From an uncultured Elusimicrobiaceae bacterium (GTDB lineage Bacteria; Elusimicrobiota; Elusimicrobia; Elusimicrobiales; UBA9959), in NCBI GenBank assembly GCA_964417965.1, contig CAYQJX010000002.1, positions 80,486 to 144,485 on the forward strand: a stretch of DNA of 64,000 nt, given 5' to 3'. Each line of letters starts with the position of its first letter. Position 1 is the stretch's first letter. The notes under the pieces are model-generated. The model was not told the origin of the DNA, did not search any database, and was given only the letters and a program-made list of their open reading frames with translations. A program made the position numbers and the translations under genes. Of this stretch, positions 19,055 through 27,416 are shown piece by piece.

Positions 19055-20086
19055 TTATTCTATCCCCAGTTTCTTTTTTAGTTTGTTGATCGTCCGGTGC
19101 ATTTCCGGGAGTCTGCTCAGTAAAGCTTCTATCTTCATGGCCTGCAGGCGCGGGCGGGCGACGTGGCCGAAGACTATCTGGTTGGGGCCCAGGTCGGCTA
19201 TTACGCCGGTCTTGCCCATCACCACGGTATTGTCGCCGATGGTCAGGTGGTCGGAGACCGCCGCCTGGCCGGCGATGATGACGCCGGTGCCGAGCACGGT
19301 GGAGCCGGCTATGCCGCACTGGGCTATGATAAGGCAGTTCTTGCCGATCTGCACGTTGTGGGCGATGTGGACCAAATTGTCTATCTTGGTGCCCGCGCCG
19401 ATGCGCGTGACCTCCAGGGCCGCGCGGTCGATGGCCGTATTAGCGCCTATCTCCACCTTGTCCTCTACCACGACTTTGCCCAGCTGGGGGATCTTTTCGT
19501 GGACGCCGCGGGGCGAGGTGTAGCCGTAGCCGTCGGAGCCTATCACCGCGCCGGCGTGCACCAGCGCTTCAATGCCCACTTCGCAGGCGTCCATGATCTT
19601 AACGCCGGGATAAAGCCGGGAGCGGGCGCCCACTTTGGCGTTGCGGCCCACGTAGCACTGCGCGCCTATCACCGCGCCGGTGCCTATAACGGCCCCATCC
19701 TCTACTACGGCGCAGGGGCCCACGTGGACGTCGGCGCCGATCTTGGCCGACTGGGAAATTACGGCGGAAGGGTGTACGCCGGGCGCGGGCAGCGGGCGCA
19801 GCTCTTTCTCTATCAGGCGCAGGGCCAGCATGAAAGCGTACTTGGGGTTCTTGGTGAACACCACAACGCCGGGGAAAGCCTTGAGGGCTTCCTCGCAGCC
19901 GCGGGGCGCCAGCAGGCAGCCGGCGCGCGAAGAGGCGGCCGTGGCCGCCAGGGCCGCGTCCGCCAGGAAAGTGAGGTCCGCCGGGCCGGCTTTCTCCAGC
20001 GGGGCGGCGGCGAAGAGCGGCGTGGCGCCGTCGCCCTGCAGGTCGCCTTCGGCGAGCTTGGCTATGTCGGCGGCGGTCAGGTTCAT
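19055..20086 (-). CDS. lpxD: UDP-3-O-acylglucosamine N-acyltransferase
   Basis: 343 aa. The N-terminal domain is followed by long hexapeptide repeats (VHPSAVISQSAKIGADVHVGPCAVVEDGAVIGTGAVIGAQCYVG). Confidence 0.9.
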   Translation of the reverse strand: MNLTAADIAKLAEGDLQGDGATPLFAAAPLEKAGPADLTFLADAALAATAASSRAGCLLAPRGCEEALKAFPGVVVFTKNPKYAFMLALRLIEKELRPLPAPGVHPSAVISQSAKIGADVHVGPCAVVEDGAVIGTGAVIGAQCYVGRNAKVGARSRLYPGVKIMDACEVGIEALVHAGAVIGSDGYGYTSPRGVHEKIPQLGKVVVEDKVEIGANTAIDRAALEVTRIGAGTKIDNLVHIAHNVQIGKNCLIIAQCGIAGSTVLGTGVIIAGQAAVSDHLTIGDNTVVMGKTGVIADLGPNQIVFGHVARPRLQAMKIEALLSRLPEMHRTINKLKKKLGIE

Positions 20087-20883
20087 AGGCCGGTCTCCTC
20101 CAGCTTCTTAAGCAGCTTGCCGGTGAGGTCCACCGCGTTCTGGCCGAAAAGGATGCTGCGCTTGTCCACGATCACGCTGACCTCTTCCTTGATGGCCAGT
20201 TCCTTGAGCGCGACGTAGATGCGGCCGAGCAGGAGCTCGCCTTTGCGGCTCTCGTAGTCCAGCAGCTCTTTTTCCGCCAGCCGCTGGGAGAGGCGCAGGT
20301 CCTCCTCCCTGTTCTTAAGCTCGGTCTCTTTTTTCTGCAGGGCCAGGTCTATCTCCGGCACCGAGGTGGAGACGGAGAATTTGAAATGGGCGACGGGTAC
20401 CCTGGCCACGCCGGGCATATCGATGCCGTCCATCCCGGGGAGGGCGGCGATGCCTGCCGGCAGCGCGGCCGGGGGAGCGGTGGAGGTCGCGGGGAGCGCG
20501 CCGGCGGCGGGCTGGGTGGAGGCCTGCTGGGGAGCGGCCTGCGTAGAGGCCGCAACCTCGGCGGCTGCCGCCTCCACGCTGCGCCGGGTCTCCAGCAGCG
20601 ACGGGAGGGTTATAGCGAATTCGCGTTCCTGGCGGAGTTTGGAGATCTCGGCCTTAAGGGTGAACACGGCCATCTTCTTGGCGTTCAGGGCGTCTTCTTT
20701 CTTCTTGATCTCGGCGATGAACTCGTCGCGCGCGCCGGTGGTGCCGGAGTATTCCTTGAACACCCGGTCTATGTCGACGTAGCCGATGGTCCCGGACTCG
20801 CCGCGGTTCTCCTCGAGCAGGAGCTCCAGGGCTCCAGCGTTAAGCGGCGCCAGCGCCAGCAGCAGGAAAATAAGTTTTTTCAT
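20083..20883 (-). CDS. OmpH/Skp-like periplasmic chaperone with an Ala/Pro-rich insertion
   Basis: Signal peptide MKKLIFLLLALAPLNAGA. Contains IGYVDIDRVFKEY, and lies between bamA and lpxD. Has an internal low-complexity segment AAAAEVAASTQAAPQQASTQPAAGALPATSTAPPAALPAG. Confidence 0.7.
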   Translation of the reverse strand: MKKLIFLLLALAPLNAGALELLLEENRGESGTIGYVDIDRVFKEYSGTTGARDEFIAEIKKKEDALNAKKMAVFTLKAEISKLRQEREFAITLPSLLETRRSVEAAAAEVAASTQAAPQQASTQPAAGALPATSTAPPAALPAGIAALPGMDGIDMPGVARVPVAHFKFSVSTSVPEIDLALQKKETELKNREEDLRLSQRLAEKELLDYESRKGELLLGRIYVALKELAIKEEVSVIVDKRSILFGQNAVDLTGKLLKKLEETGL

Positions 20884-20904
20884 TCTTTCCTTTACGCAGC
20901 CATG

Positions 20905-23373
20905 CTAGAACAGGTTGCCCAGCGTGAAGTAAATATCCGAGCGCTGTTCCCCGGGCTTGTGGTTGAAGCCGTAGCCCCAGTCCAGCCGTATCGGGAAAGC
21001 GGGGGTGGTGAAGCGGATGCCGAACCCGGCGCCGGCCTTCAGGTTGGAGGTCCCGGTGCCGATGCGCCCGGAAACGTCGTCGAAGCCGTCCCACGAGTTG
21101 CCGATGTCGAAGAAGAAGGCCCACTGCACTATGGTGCGCCTGCGCTCGCGGGCCAGCGGGAACTTGAACTCGATATTCATGACGTCGTAGACCTTGCCGC
21201 CGTTGAGCGGGCCGATCTGGCCGTTGTTGGAGTAGCCGCGCACGGTCTCCGCGCCGCCCAGGAAGTAGCGCTCGTAGACGGGCACCGACTTGGTGCTGCC
21301 GAACCTGCCCACGAAGCCGAGGCGGTTGGCGATCGAGAGCACGAAGGGGTATTCGTCGATGGAGAACAGCTTGAGGTTGTAGCTGTGGGAGAGGGTGGGC
21401 TTGTAGTAGTTCACGTCGCCCTGCAGCGCGCCGCCGGCGTATTCCACGCCCAGCGAGGTGCGGCAGCCGCGCGTAGGGTCGTAGGTGCTGTCGCGGGTGT
21501 CGCGGGCGAACTCGACGTAAACGGAGGAGGTGACGCTGGTGCCGTCCTGCAGCTCGCCGGCATAGATGTCGTCCACCTCGTAGATGCGCACCTGCTCGTA
21601 GGTGTAGGCGGTGGTCAGGTGGTACTTGTCGTCCTGGAAGCGCGGCCCGAGGGTGATCTTGCCGCCGGTGCGGCGCTCGGTGTAGGCGGAGACGGTGTCG
21701 CGGTACGGCTTGTAATGGCGCGTGTTGAAGACGTCGAGGCCCAGGGAGGTCGGGTGGTTGCCTATCCACGGGGTGGACCAGCTCAGGTAGTAGTCCTGCA
21801 CCTTCTTGCCGAAGTTCCAGGAGAGCGAGGTCTTGTAGGCGCGGCCGAAAAGGTTGAGGTGCGACAGCGACAGCGTGCCCACCAGGCCGTCGGTGGAGGA
21901 GATGCCGGCGCCGGCGGTCAGCATGCCCGGCTTGCCCTCGGCCACGTCGAAGACCAGGTCCACCTTGTCCGGGTCGGCCGTGGGGTTGATCACGGGGCTG
22001 ACGTCGTCGATGAAGCCCAGGTTGAAGATCTTCTCCTGGCTGCGGCGGATCTTGGAGGAGCTGAAGACCTCGCCTTCCTTCTGGGTTATTTCGCGCTTGA
22101 GCACGTAGGTCTTGGTGGCCTTGTTGCCCTCCACGTCCACGTGGTCCACGAAGATCTGGTTGTTCTCGGTGATGTTGAAGGTGACGTCGGTCTCGCCGGT
22201 CTTTTCGTTGAAGACCCGTTCCGGCTGCAGGGCCGCGCGGAGGTAGCCCTTGTCGGCGTACTTGTCCTGGATGCCGCGCAGGGTGTCGTCGAAGCGGTCC
22301 TGGTTGAACAGCTTGCCCCGGCGGTACTCCAGCCGCGGCTCCAGCTCGCTGGGCAGGTAGACGGTGTTGCCGGCGAAGTAGGTGGCGCCGAACTTCTGCT
22401 TGTTGCCTTCGGTCAGGATGACGCGGATGGTGACGCTGGAGCGGTCCGCGTTGAAAGAGACGGTGGAGTCAGTTATCTTGAAGTCGGCGTAGCCGTTGTT
22501 CTTATAGAAGGCTTCGAGAACCTTGTAGTCGGCGTCCAGGTCCTGCGGGGTGTAGATATTCTTGGGCCTGTTCTTGAACTTTTTGACCAGCTTCTTCAGC
22601 TTGAAGCCGGCAGCGCCTTCCAGCTCCACCGCCGCCACCCGGGCCTTTTTGCCCTCGGTGAGCGCTATGGTCAGGAAGGCCAGGCCGGCCGCCGTGTCGA
22701 ACTTCACCTCGTAATCGGCCCTGGCGTCTATGAAGCCTTTCTCGCGGTATTTGTCGGCGATCTTTATCAGGTCCTCGCGCACTTTCAGCTCGTCGAAGAA
22801 GTCTTTTTCCTTCAGGGTCATCTCGTCCTTGACGGCGCCCTTGGATATGCCTTTGGCCCCGGTTACGGTGACCGTCTTGACCATGGGTTTCTCGGAGATG
22901 ACGTAGGTGATCCGTACGGGCGTGGAGGAGACGCCGACCGCCGCCAGCTTGGGCGAAACGGGCAGGCCGGGCAGGTCGTCTATCTCCACGGAGATCCTGT
23001 CTATGCTGCCGAGGCCGAGGATGGCCTCTATGTCCTGGCTTACGAAAGACCGCTGGTAGAGGCGCTTTTTCCTGGCCTTGCCGGTCTTCAGGATAGCCTT
23101 GGCTTTTATGTTGACGCTGCCCCTTACGGCCGTTTCGGCCACTTCCCAGGGGCCGTCGGCGTGCTCAGTCGCGGCGGCCGCGATCTCCGGAGGGGGAAGG
23201 GGGGCGGGCTCGGAGGCCGGCTTGGCTTCCATGCCGGGCAGGCCCGCGGGCGGGATGGCCGCGTTGGCCGGTTGCGCCGCGGTCCCCTGCTGCTGCGGCT
23301 GGTCTGGCGTCTGGGCCGAAAGGGGCAGGGCGGGGAGAAGGGTCAAAAGAAGCAGGAGCTGGAGTTTTTTCAT
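20905..23373 (-). CDS. bamA: Outer membrane protein assembly factor BamA
   Basis: 822 aa. Signal peptide, POTRA-type repeats and a C-terminal beta-barrel ending in ...DIYFTLGNLF. Confidence 0.9.
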   Translation of the reverse strand: MKKLQLLLLLTLLPALPLSAQTPDQPQQQGTAAQPANAAIPPAGLPGMEAKPASEPAPLPPPEIAAAATEHADGPWEVAETAVRGSVNIKAKAILKTGKARKKRLYQRSFVSQDIEAILGLGSIDRISVEIDDLPGLPVSPKLAAVGVSSTPVRITYVISEKPMVKTVTVTGAKGISKGAVKDEMTLKEKDFFDELKVREDLIKIADKYREKGFIDARADYEVKFDTAAGLAFLTIALTEGKKARVAAVELEGAAGFKLKKLVKKFKNRPKNIYTPQDLDADYKVLEAFYKNNGYADFKITDSTVSFNADRSSVTIRVILTEGNKQKFGATYFAGNTVYLPSELEPRLEYRRGKLFNQDRFDDTLRGIQDKYADKGYLRAALQPERVFNEKTGETDVTFNITENNQIFVDHVDVEGNKATKTYVLKREITQKEGEVFSSSKIRRSQEKIFNLGFIDDVSPVINPTADPDKVDLVFDVAEGKPGMLTAGAGISSTDGLVGTLSLSHLNLFGRAYKTSLSWNFGKKVQDYYLSWSTPWIGNHPTSLGLDVFNTRHYKPYRDTVSAYTERRTGGKITLGPRFQDDKYHLTTAYTYEQVRIYEVDDIYAGELQDGTSVTSSVYVEFARDTRDSTYDPTRGCRTSLGVEYAGGALQGDVNYYKPTLSHSYNLKLFSIDEYPFVLSIANRLGFVGRFGSTKSVPVYERYFLGGAETVRGYSNNGQIGPLNGGKVYDVMNIEFKFPLARERRRTIVQWAFFFDIGNSWDGFDDVSGRIGTGTSNLKAGAGFGIRFTTPAFPIRLDWGYGFNHKPGEQRSDIYFTLGNLF

Positions 23374-23405
23374 TGTATCCTTAAAAAATCGGTCGCAGCG
23401 CCCTT

Positions 23406-23439
23406 CCGGCAGGTGTCAATCTCCGGCAAGGGTGTCAAT
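23406..23439. promoter_or_regulatory. Direct repeat pair upstream of bamA
   Basis: ccggcaggtgtcaat (23406-23420) and ccggcaagggtgtcaat (23423-23439), 33-67 nt upstream of the bamA start codon at 23373. Confidence 0.25.
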
Positions 23440-23494
23440 ATAGATATCTTACTATTTTTGCCGCGCGGCATAAATCGGTCTTTCCCGTATTTTA

Positions 23495-23503
23495 TGCTAG
23501 AAT
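23495..23503 (+). promoter_or_regulatory. Extended -10-like element (TGcTAGAAT) upstream of the PIN-PhoH gene
   Basis: tgctagaat lies about 100 nt upstream of the ATG at 23604. There is no convincing -35. Confidence 0.3.
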
Positions 23504-23603
23504 TAGCGGAGTTTGATATCGCTGACAGAAATACTACGGGTTGGGGCGCTCAACGGTTGCATCCCGGGCGCGCAAAACCCCTGGGCCGATCAACGGAGGA
23601 AGA

Positions 23604-24902
23604 ATGAAAAAAGTCTATATACTCGACACGAACGTACTCATCCACGACCCGCTTTCCTTCACCAAATTCGAAGAGAACACCGTAGTGATCCCGATCTCCG
23701 TCATAGAGGAGCTGGACAATTTCAAACATACCGCCGACGAGCGCGGCAAGAGCGCCCGCATCGTGTCGCGCAAGCTCGACGAGTTCCGCGCCAAGGGCAA
23801 ACTGAACGCCGGCGTGAAGACCGAGGCCGGCGGCACCCTGATCGTGGACCTGGACCACGTGCAGGTCCTGCCCAAAGAATTCAAGCTGCTCGAGATGGAC
23901 AACCGCATCCTCAATACCGCCTACTGGTACGAGCAGAAGAAGCACAGCGCCATCCTGGTGACCAAGGACATCAACCTCCGCCTGAAGGCCGAGGCCGTGG
24001 GCCTGACCACCGAGGATTACGAAGCCGGCAAGGTGAACGTGGACGAGCTGTATCCCGGCCTGGTGTCGCTCGACGTGTCCTCCGCCTCCGTCGATAAGTT
24101 CTACAAGGACCACGAACTGAAGAGCCCCGAAGAACTTTCCCCCAACGAGTTCGTGGTGATCCATTCCAAGGAAGACCCCAAAAAATCCGCGCTCGGCCGC
24201 GTGGACCCGAACGACATCTCCAAGATCCGCGCGCTCGGGGCCGAACCGGCGCCGTGGGGCATCCGCCCGCTCAACAAGGAGCAGCGCTGCGCCATGGAGC
24301 TGCTGCTCGACGACTCCGTCAAGCTGGTCACGCTGCTCGGCGCCGCCGGCACCGGCAAGACCCTGATGACGCTGGTCTGCGGCCTGCAGAAAGCCGTGGA
24401 GGAGAACGTCTACCGCAAGCTCATCATCTGCCGCCCCATCGTCCCCGTCGGCAAGGATATCGGCTTCATCCCCGGCACCAAGGAGGAGAAGCTCTCCACC
24501 TGGATGGGGGCCATCTATGACAACTTAGAGTTCGTCATGGACAAGCGCCACCAGGAAAGCGCCGTGGAAAAATTCGAATACCTGCTGCAGAACGAGAAGA
24601 TCGAGATCGCCTCGGTGACCCATATCCGCGGCCGCTCGCTGCCCAAGCAGTACATGATCGTAGACGACGCGCAGAACCTGACCCCGCACGAGATCAAGAC
24701 CATCCTCTCGCGCGCCGGCGAGGGCACCAAGGTCGTCGTGACCGGCGATCCGTACCAGATAGACAACCCCTACCTGGACATCGCCTCCAACGGCCTGACC
24801 TACATCGTGGACCGCATGCGCGGCCAGAAGCTGTACGGCCACCTGACGTTCACCAAGACCGAGCGCAGCCAGCTGGCCGCGCTGGTGGCGGAACTGCTGT
24901 AA
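23604..24902 (+). CDS. PIN-domain / PhoH-like ATPase (YlaK-type)
   Basis: N-terminal PIN domain MKKVYILDTNVLIHDP...VIPISVIEELD. Walker A LLGAAGTGKTL. PhoH-like C-terminus IVDDAQNLTPHEIKTILSRAGEGTKVVVTGDPYQID. RBS ggagga precedes the ATG at 23604. Confidence 0.85.
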   Translation: MKKVYILDTNVLIHDPLSFTKFEENTVVIPISVIEELDNFKHTADERGKSARIVSRKLDEFRAKGKLNAGVKTEAGGTLIVDLDHVQVLPKEFKLLEMDNRILNTAYWYEQKKHSAILVTKDINLRLKAEAVGLTTEDYEAGKVNVDELYPGLVSLDVSSASVDKFYKDHELKSPEELSPNEFVVIHSKEDPKKSALGRVDPNDISKIRALGAEPAPWGIRPLNKEQRCAMELLLDDSVKLVTLLGAAGTGKTLMTLVCGLQKAVEENVYRKLIICRPIVPVGKDIGFIPGTKEEKLSTWMGAIYDNLEFVMDKRHQESAVEKFEYLLQNEKIEIASVTHIRGRSLPKQYMIVDDAQNLTPHEIKTILSRAGEGTKVVVTGDPYQIDNPYLDIASNGLTYIVDRMRGQKLYGHLTFTKTERSQLAALVAELL

Positions 24903-24920
24903 CCCGGGGAAACCGGAACG

Positions 24921-24959
24921 GGCGGGCCGCGGCTAAAACCGCGGCCCGCCTCTTTTTTT
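24921..24959 (+). terminator. Rho-independent terminator
   Basis: ggcgggccgcgg (24921-24932), loop ctaaaa, ccgcggcccgcc (24939-24950), followed by tcttttttt. Confidence 0.85.
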
Positions 24960-24982
24960 GCCCAAAAGGCCCAGGCCGGGGT

Positions 24983-25000
24983 GGGCCCTAGGGCCCTAGG
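24983..25000. promoter_or_regulatory. Overlapping perfect palindromes upstream of the RNase gene
   Basis: gggccctagggccctagg is gggccctag repeated twice. It contains the 14-nt palindromes gggccctagggccc and cctagggccctagg, about 70 nt upstream of the start at 25070. Confidence 0.25.
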
Positions 25001-25069
25001 CAATCTTTTTTATCATGTTAAAATATAACTGCAGCCTTGTCGTTAAAAACGCGGACAAAGGACGTCAAC

Positions 25070-25621
25070 ATGCTTAAGAAAAACTTCTGGTTAAACGTTT
25101 TCGCGGTAGCCGCCCTCTCTTTCACCTCGATAGCTTCTTATGCCGGCGCGCAGGAACTTAAATCCGCGGCGCTCGGCGACCTGCTGGATAATTCGTCCTA
25201 TACCAACCTCGTCGAGCTCCCCGCCCCCGCCGAAGTCGCCGCGCCTGAAAAGGCCGCCGGCCTCGCCCCGCAGCCCGGCAAGGACTTCACCCCCGCGGTC
25301 AAGGACCAGGCCCGCATCAAGGCCATCATGAAGCTGGTCTCGGATGTTTATAACGGCAAGCCCCTGCCCTACTCGCAGGACGGCACCACCTTCAAGAACA
25401 AAGAGGGCAAGCTGCCCGCCCAGCCCGCCGGCTTCTACAAAGAATACACGCTGCTCACCGGCGACGCTCCTCACACCGTGGTCATCGGCGGCACCACCTA
25501 CCAGGTGGCGCCCGACCTGAGCGCCCGCGGTTCCGAGCGCGTTATCATCGGCGGCGGCCAGAAGATCTATTACACGCCCGACCATTACGCGCATTTCATA
25601 CTGCTCGAAGTGGTTTACTGA
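25070..25621 (+). CDS. Secreted guanyl-specific ribonuclease (barnase/RNase Sa family)
   Basis: Signal peptide MLKKNFWLNVFAVAALSFTSIASYAGA. The C-terminal domain has FYKEYTL...RGSERVIIGGGQKIYYTPDHYAHF. Confidence 0.8.
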   Translation: MLKKNFWLNVFAVAALSFTSIASYAGAQELKSAALGDLLDNSSYTNLVELPAPAEVAAPEKAAGLAPQPGKDFTPAVKDQARIKAIMKLVSDVYNGKPLPYSQDGTTFKNKEGKLPAQPAGFYKEYTLLTGDAPHTVVIGGTTYQVAPDLSARGSERVIIGGGQKIYYTPDHYAHFILLEVVY

Positions 25622-25625
25622 GCCG

Positions 25626-26015
25626 ATGGGCCCCGGGGAACAAGGACTTTTCCTGGACCTCAGGGGCCGCGGCATGACGGCGGAGGGGATCAATAAAATG
25701 TTCCCTCCGCCGGCTTATTTTACGGCCTGGCTGGACGGGGATCTGGTTCCCGCCAAGGCCGAACTGATGGAAGCGCTCTCCACCGCCTTCAAATTCCCCG
25801 CCTATTTCGGGCGCAACTGGGACGCCCTCCTGGACTGCCTCCGTTCCCTCCATGAAGAGCTGCCGGCCGGCGGCTACGCGCTGGTAATAAGCAATTCCGC
25901 CTCTTTTCTCGCCTCTTCTCCCAAGGACCTGGAAGATTTTGCCGATGTGGCCGGCGAAGCCAGGGCTTTCCTGCTGGAAAAGTCAAAAACCCCTTTCACA
26001 GTGGTCCTCCTCTGA
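25626..26015 (+). CDS. Barstar-like ribonuclease inhibitor
   Basis: FKFPAYFGRNWDALLDCLRSL is the barstar signature. Lies immediately downstream of the RNase gene. The true start may be an internal Met (for example MTAEG at 25674). Confidence 0.75.
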   Translation: MGPGEQGLFLDLRGRGMTAEGINKMFPPPAYFTAWLDGDLVPAKAELMEALSTAFKFPAYFGRNWDALLDCLRSLHEELPAGGYALVISNSASFLASSPKDLEDFADVAGEARAFLLEKSKTPFTVVLL

Positions 26016-26040
26016 GTATATATAGATAAATAACTTCCCG

Positions 26041-26069
26041 TTGAAATTATTAATATTTTCTGCTAGACT
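26041..26069 (+). promoter_or_regulatory. Putative sigma70-type promoter at the head of the rSAM locus
   Basis: ttgaaa (26041-26046), 17 nt, tagact (26064-26069), within an AT-rich 120-nt intergenic region. Confidence 0.35.
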
Positions 26070-26134
26070 ATAACAGCGCATTTGGGTGCGGCGCTATTTT
26101 GCGCCTTTGGGACGGTCCCAGCGGGGGAGGTTCT

Positions 26135-26920
26135 ATGGAAACCACGGAAATATCCTTAAAACTCAACTTCAACCGCAGGCAGATCTCGGTTCTGCTTGCT
26201 TTTTTCCTGCTGGCCTGGCATCCGGGCTTTATCGGCTCCGAGACTTTAACCCTTACCACCTATTACCCGGCCCCGTACGGCGGCTATGTCAGCCTGCTGA
26301 CCACCAACCAGACACTGCTGGCCAGGGACGGCGGCAACGTGGGCATCAATATCGCCGGGCCCGGCAGCAAGCTGCACGTACACGGGACCACGCAGATAAC
26401 GGACGGTACCGCCGACGCCGACACGGCGGCCTACGGCACCTTCGGCGTCACGCGCCCGGCTTCCGGCCAGACCCTCACCTACATAGCGATGACCCGCCAG
26501 GGCAACGTGGTGAAGGCCATGGGCATAGACTCCAGCAATAACTGGGTTTTCGGCCTGCCCCAGGCCGGCACCCAGCGCATCACCGCTCCCCAGATGACCA
26601 TCACCCAGGGCGGCAACGTGGGCATAAACAACTCCTGGCCCGCCGAACGCCTCAGCGTCTCCGGCAACATCTCGGTGACCGGCGATATCATCATGACCCC
26701 CGGCACCGGCTATATCCGCAATGTCTGTTCCAGGGTGCAGTACAGCATCGGCCCCCAGGCGTTCTGCCCGGCCGGGGCCCGCGTGATGGGCTTCATGGGC
26801 GACGGCGTGGCCCGCGTCTGGGGCTTCCTGCCCCTGAACCAGACTTCCACCGGGGTCGGCCGCTACATAGTGCTCGGCGAGGACTGGGGCGGCACCATGG
26901 TCTGCTGCCGTATAATCTGA
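26135..26920 (+). CDS. Exported/anchored protein with fibre-like GNVGIN repeats and a Cys-rich C-terminus
   Basis: RBS gggggagg precedes the ATG at 26135. Signal/anchor ISVLLAFFLLAW. Motif TLTLTTYYPAPYGGY. GGNVGINI...KLHVHG recurs as GGNVGINN...LSVSG. The C-terminus is CSRVQYSIGPQAFCPAG...MVCCRII. Confidence 0.7.
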   Translation: METTEISLKLNFNRRQISVLLAFFLLAWHPGFIGSETLTLTTYYPAPYGGYVSLLTTNQTLLARDGGNVGINIAGPGSKLHVHGTTQITDGTADADTAAYGTFGVTRPASGQTLTYIAMTRQGNVVKAMGIDSSNNWVFGLPQAGTQRITAPQMTITQGGNVGINNSWPAERLSVSGNISVTGDIIMTPGTGYIRNVCSRVQYSIGPQAFCPAGARVMGFMGDGVARVWGFLPLNQTSTGVGRYIVLGEDWGGTMVCCRII

Positions 26921-26954
26921 CGGCGGTCGGAACGAGTTTACGGAGGAAAAAGCT

Positions 26955-27416
26955 TTGGACAACAGGATCGCAACCGTTAAGGTAGACCTTAAAAAATACA
27001 GCCTCGACGCCGCGCGCTACGCGGCCTACGCCCTGAGCGGCGAGGCTTTCGTTTTTATCAGCCGCGCCGGCGCCGCAGCCGTGGCCGTGTCGCTCTCGCC
27101 TAAAGGCGGCGGGTCCGGAGCCGCCCTGAAGGGCAAGTTCCTGGCGGAACTCGAGGATGAAAAACTGCGGGAAAAAATTGCCGCCGAGAACCGGGAGCTC
27201 AGGGAGTTCCTGACGCTGAAGGCGCTCTCCTCCCCGACCCCGGCCCCGGTCCCGGATTCCGGGCTTACCCCGGACCAGGAAAAAGAGCTGGCCGACCTTA
27301 TTTCCCAGGTCGAGAAAGAAATTAAAGAGGACGTCCGCGGAGGAGCCGCGGACCCGCTGGGGCTGACGAGCACTTGGGAAGACAAGTATGGCGCAAAAAA
27401 AGCCCGTAAAAAATAA
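26955..27416 (+). CDS. hxsD: HxsD-like small protein (copy 1)
   Basis: 153 aa. Contains KKYSLDAARYAAYALSGEAFVFI and FLAELEDEKLREKI..., which resembles the LLNDYxLRE-type signature I recall for HxsD. Overlaps the start of the HxsB-like gene. Confidence 0.55.
   Translation: MDNRIATVKVDLKKYSLDAARYAAYALSGEAFVFISRAGAAAVAVSLSPKGGGSGAALKGKFLAELEDEKLREKIAAENRELREFLTLKALSSPTPAPVPDSGLTPDQEKELADLISQVEKEIKEDVRGGAADPLGLTSTWEDKYGAKKARKK

Noticed and set aside
20386-23607. 1073-aa plus-strand ORF antisense to bamA/skp. Similar long ORFs occur at 111..1253, 6733..8295, 9092..10747, 10752..11975, 13218..14171, 31613..33043, 33691..35163, 43325..44698, 50387..51901, 55783..57132 and 61915..63039.
   Set aside because: Their composition is the typical high-GC shadow (very rich in Arg/Ala/Gly/His/Val/Gln) with no recognisable motifs. 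In every case the opposite strand carries a protein with clear family signatures.
26099-26134. Upstream start (MRLWDGPSGGGS...) for the fibre-like protein.
   Set aside because: A strong RBS (gggggagg) sits immediately before the internal ATG at 26135.
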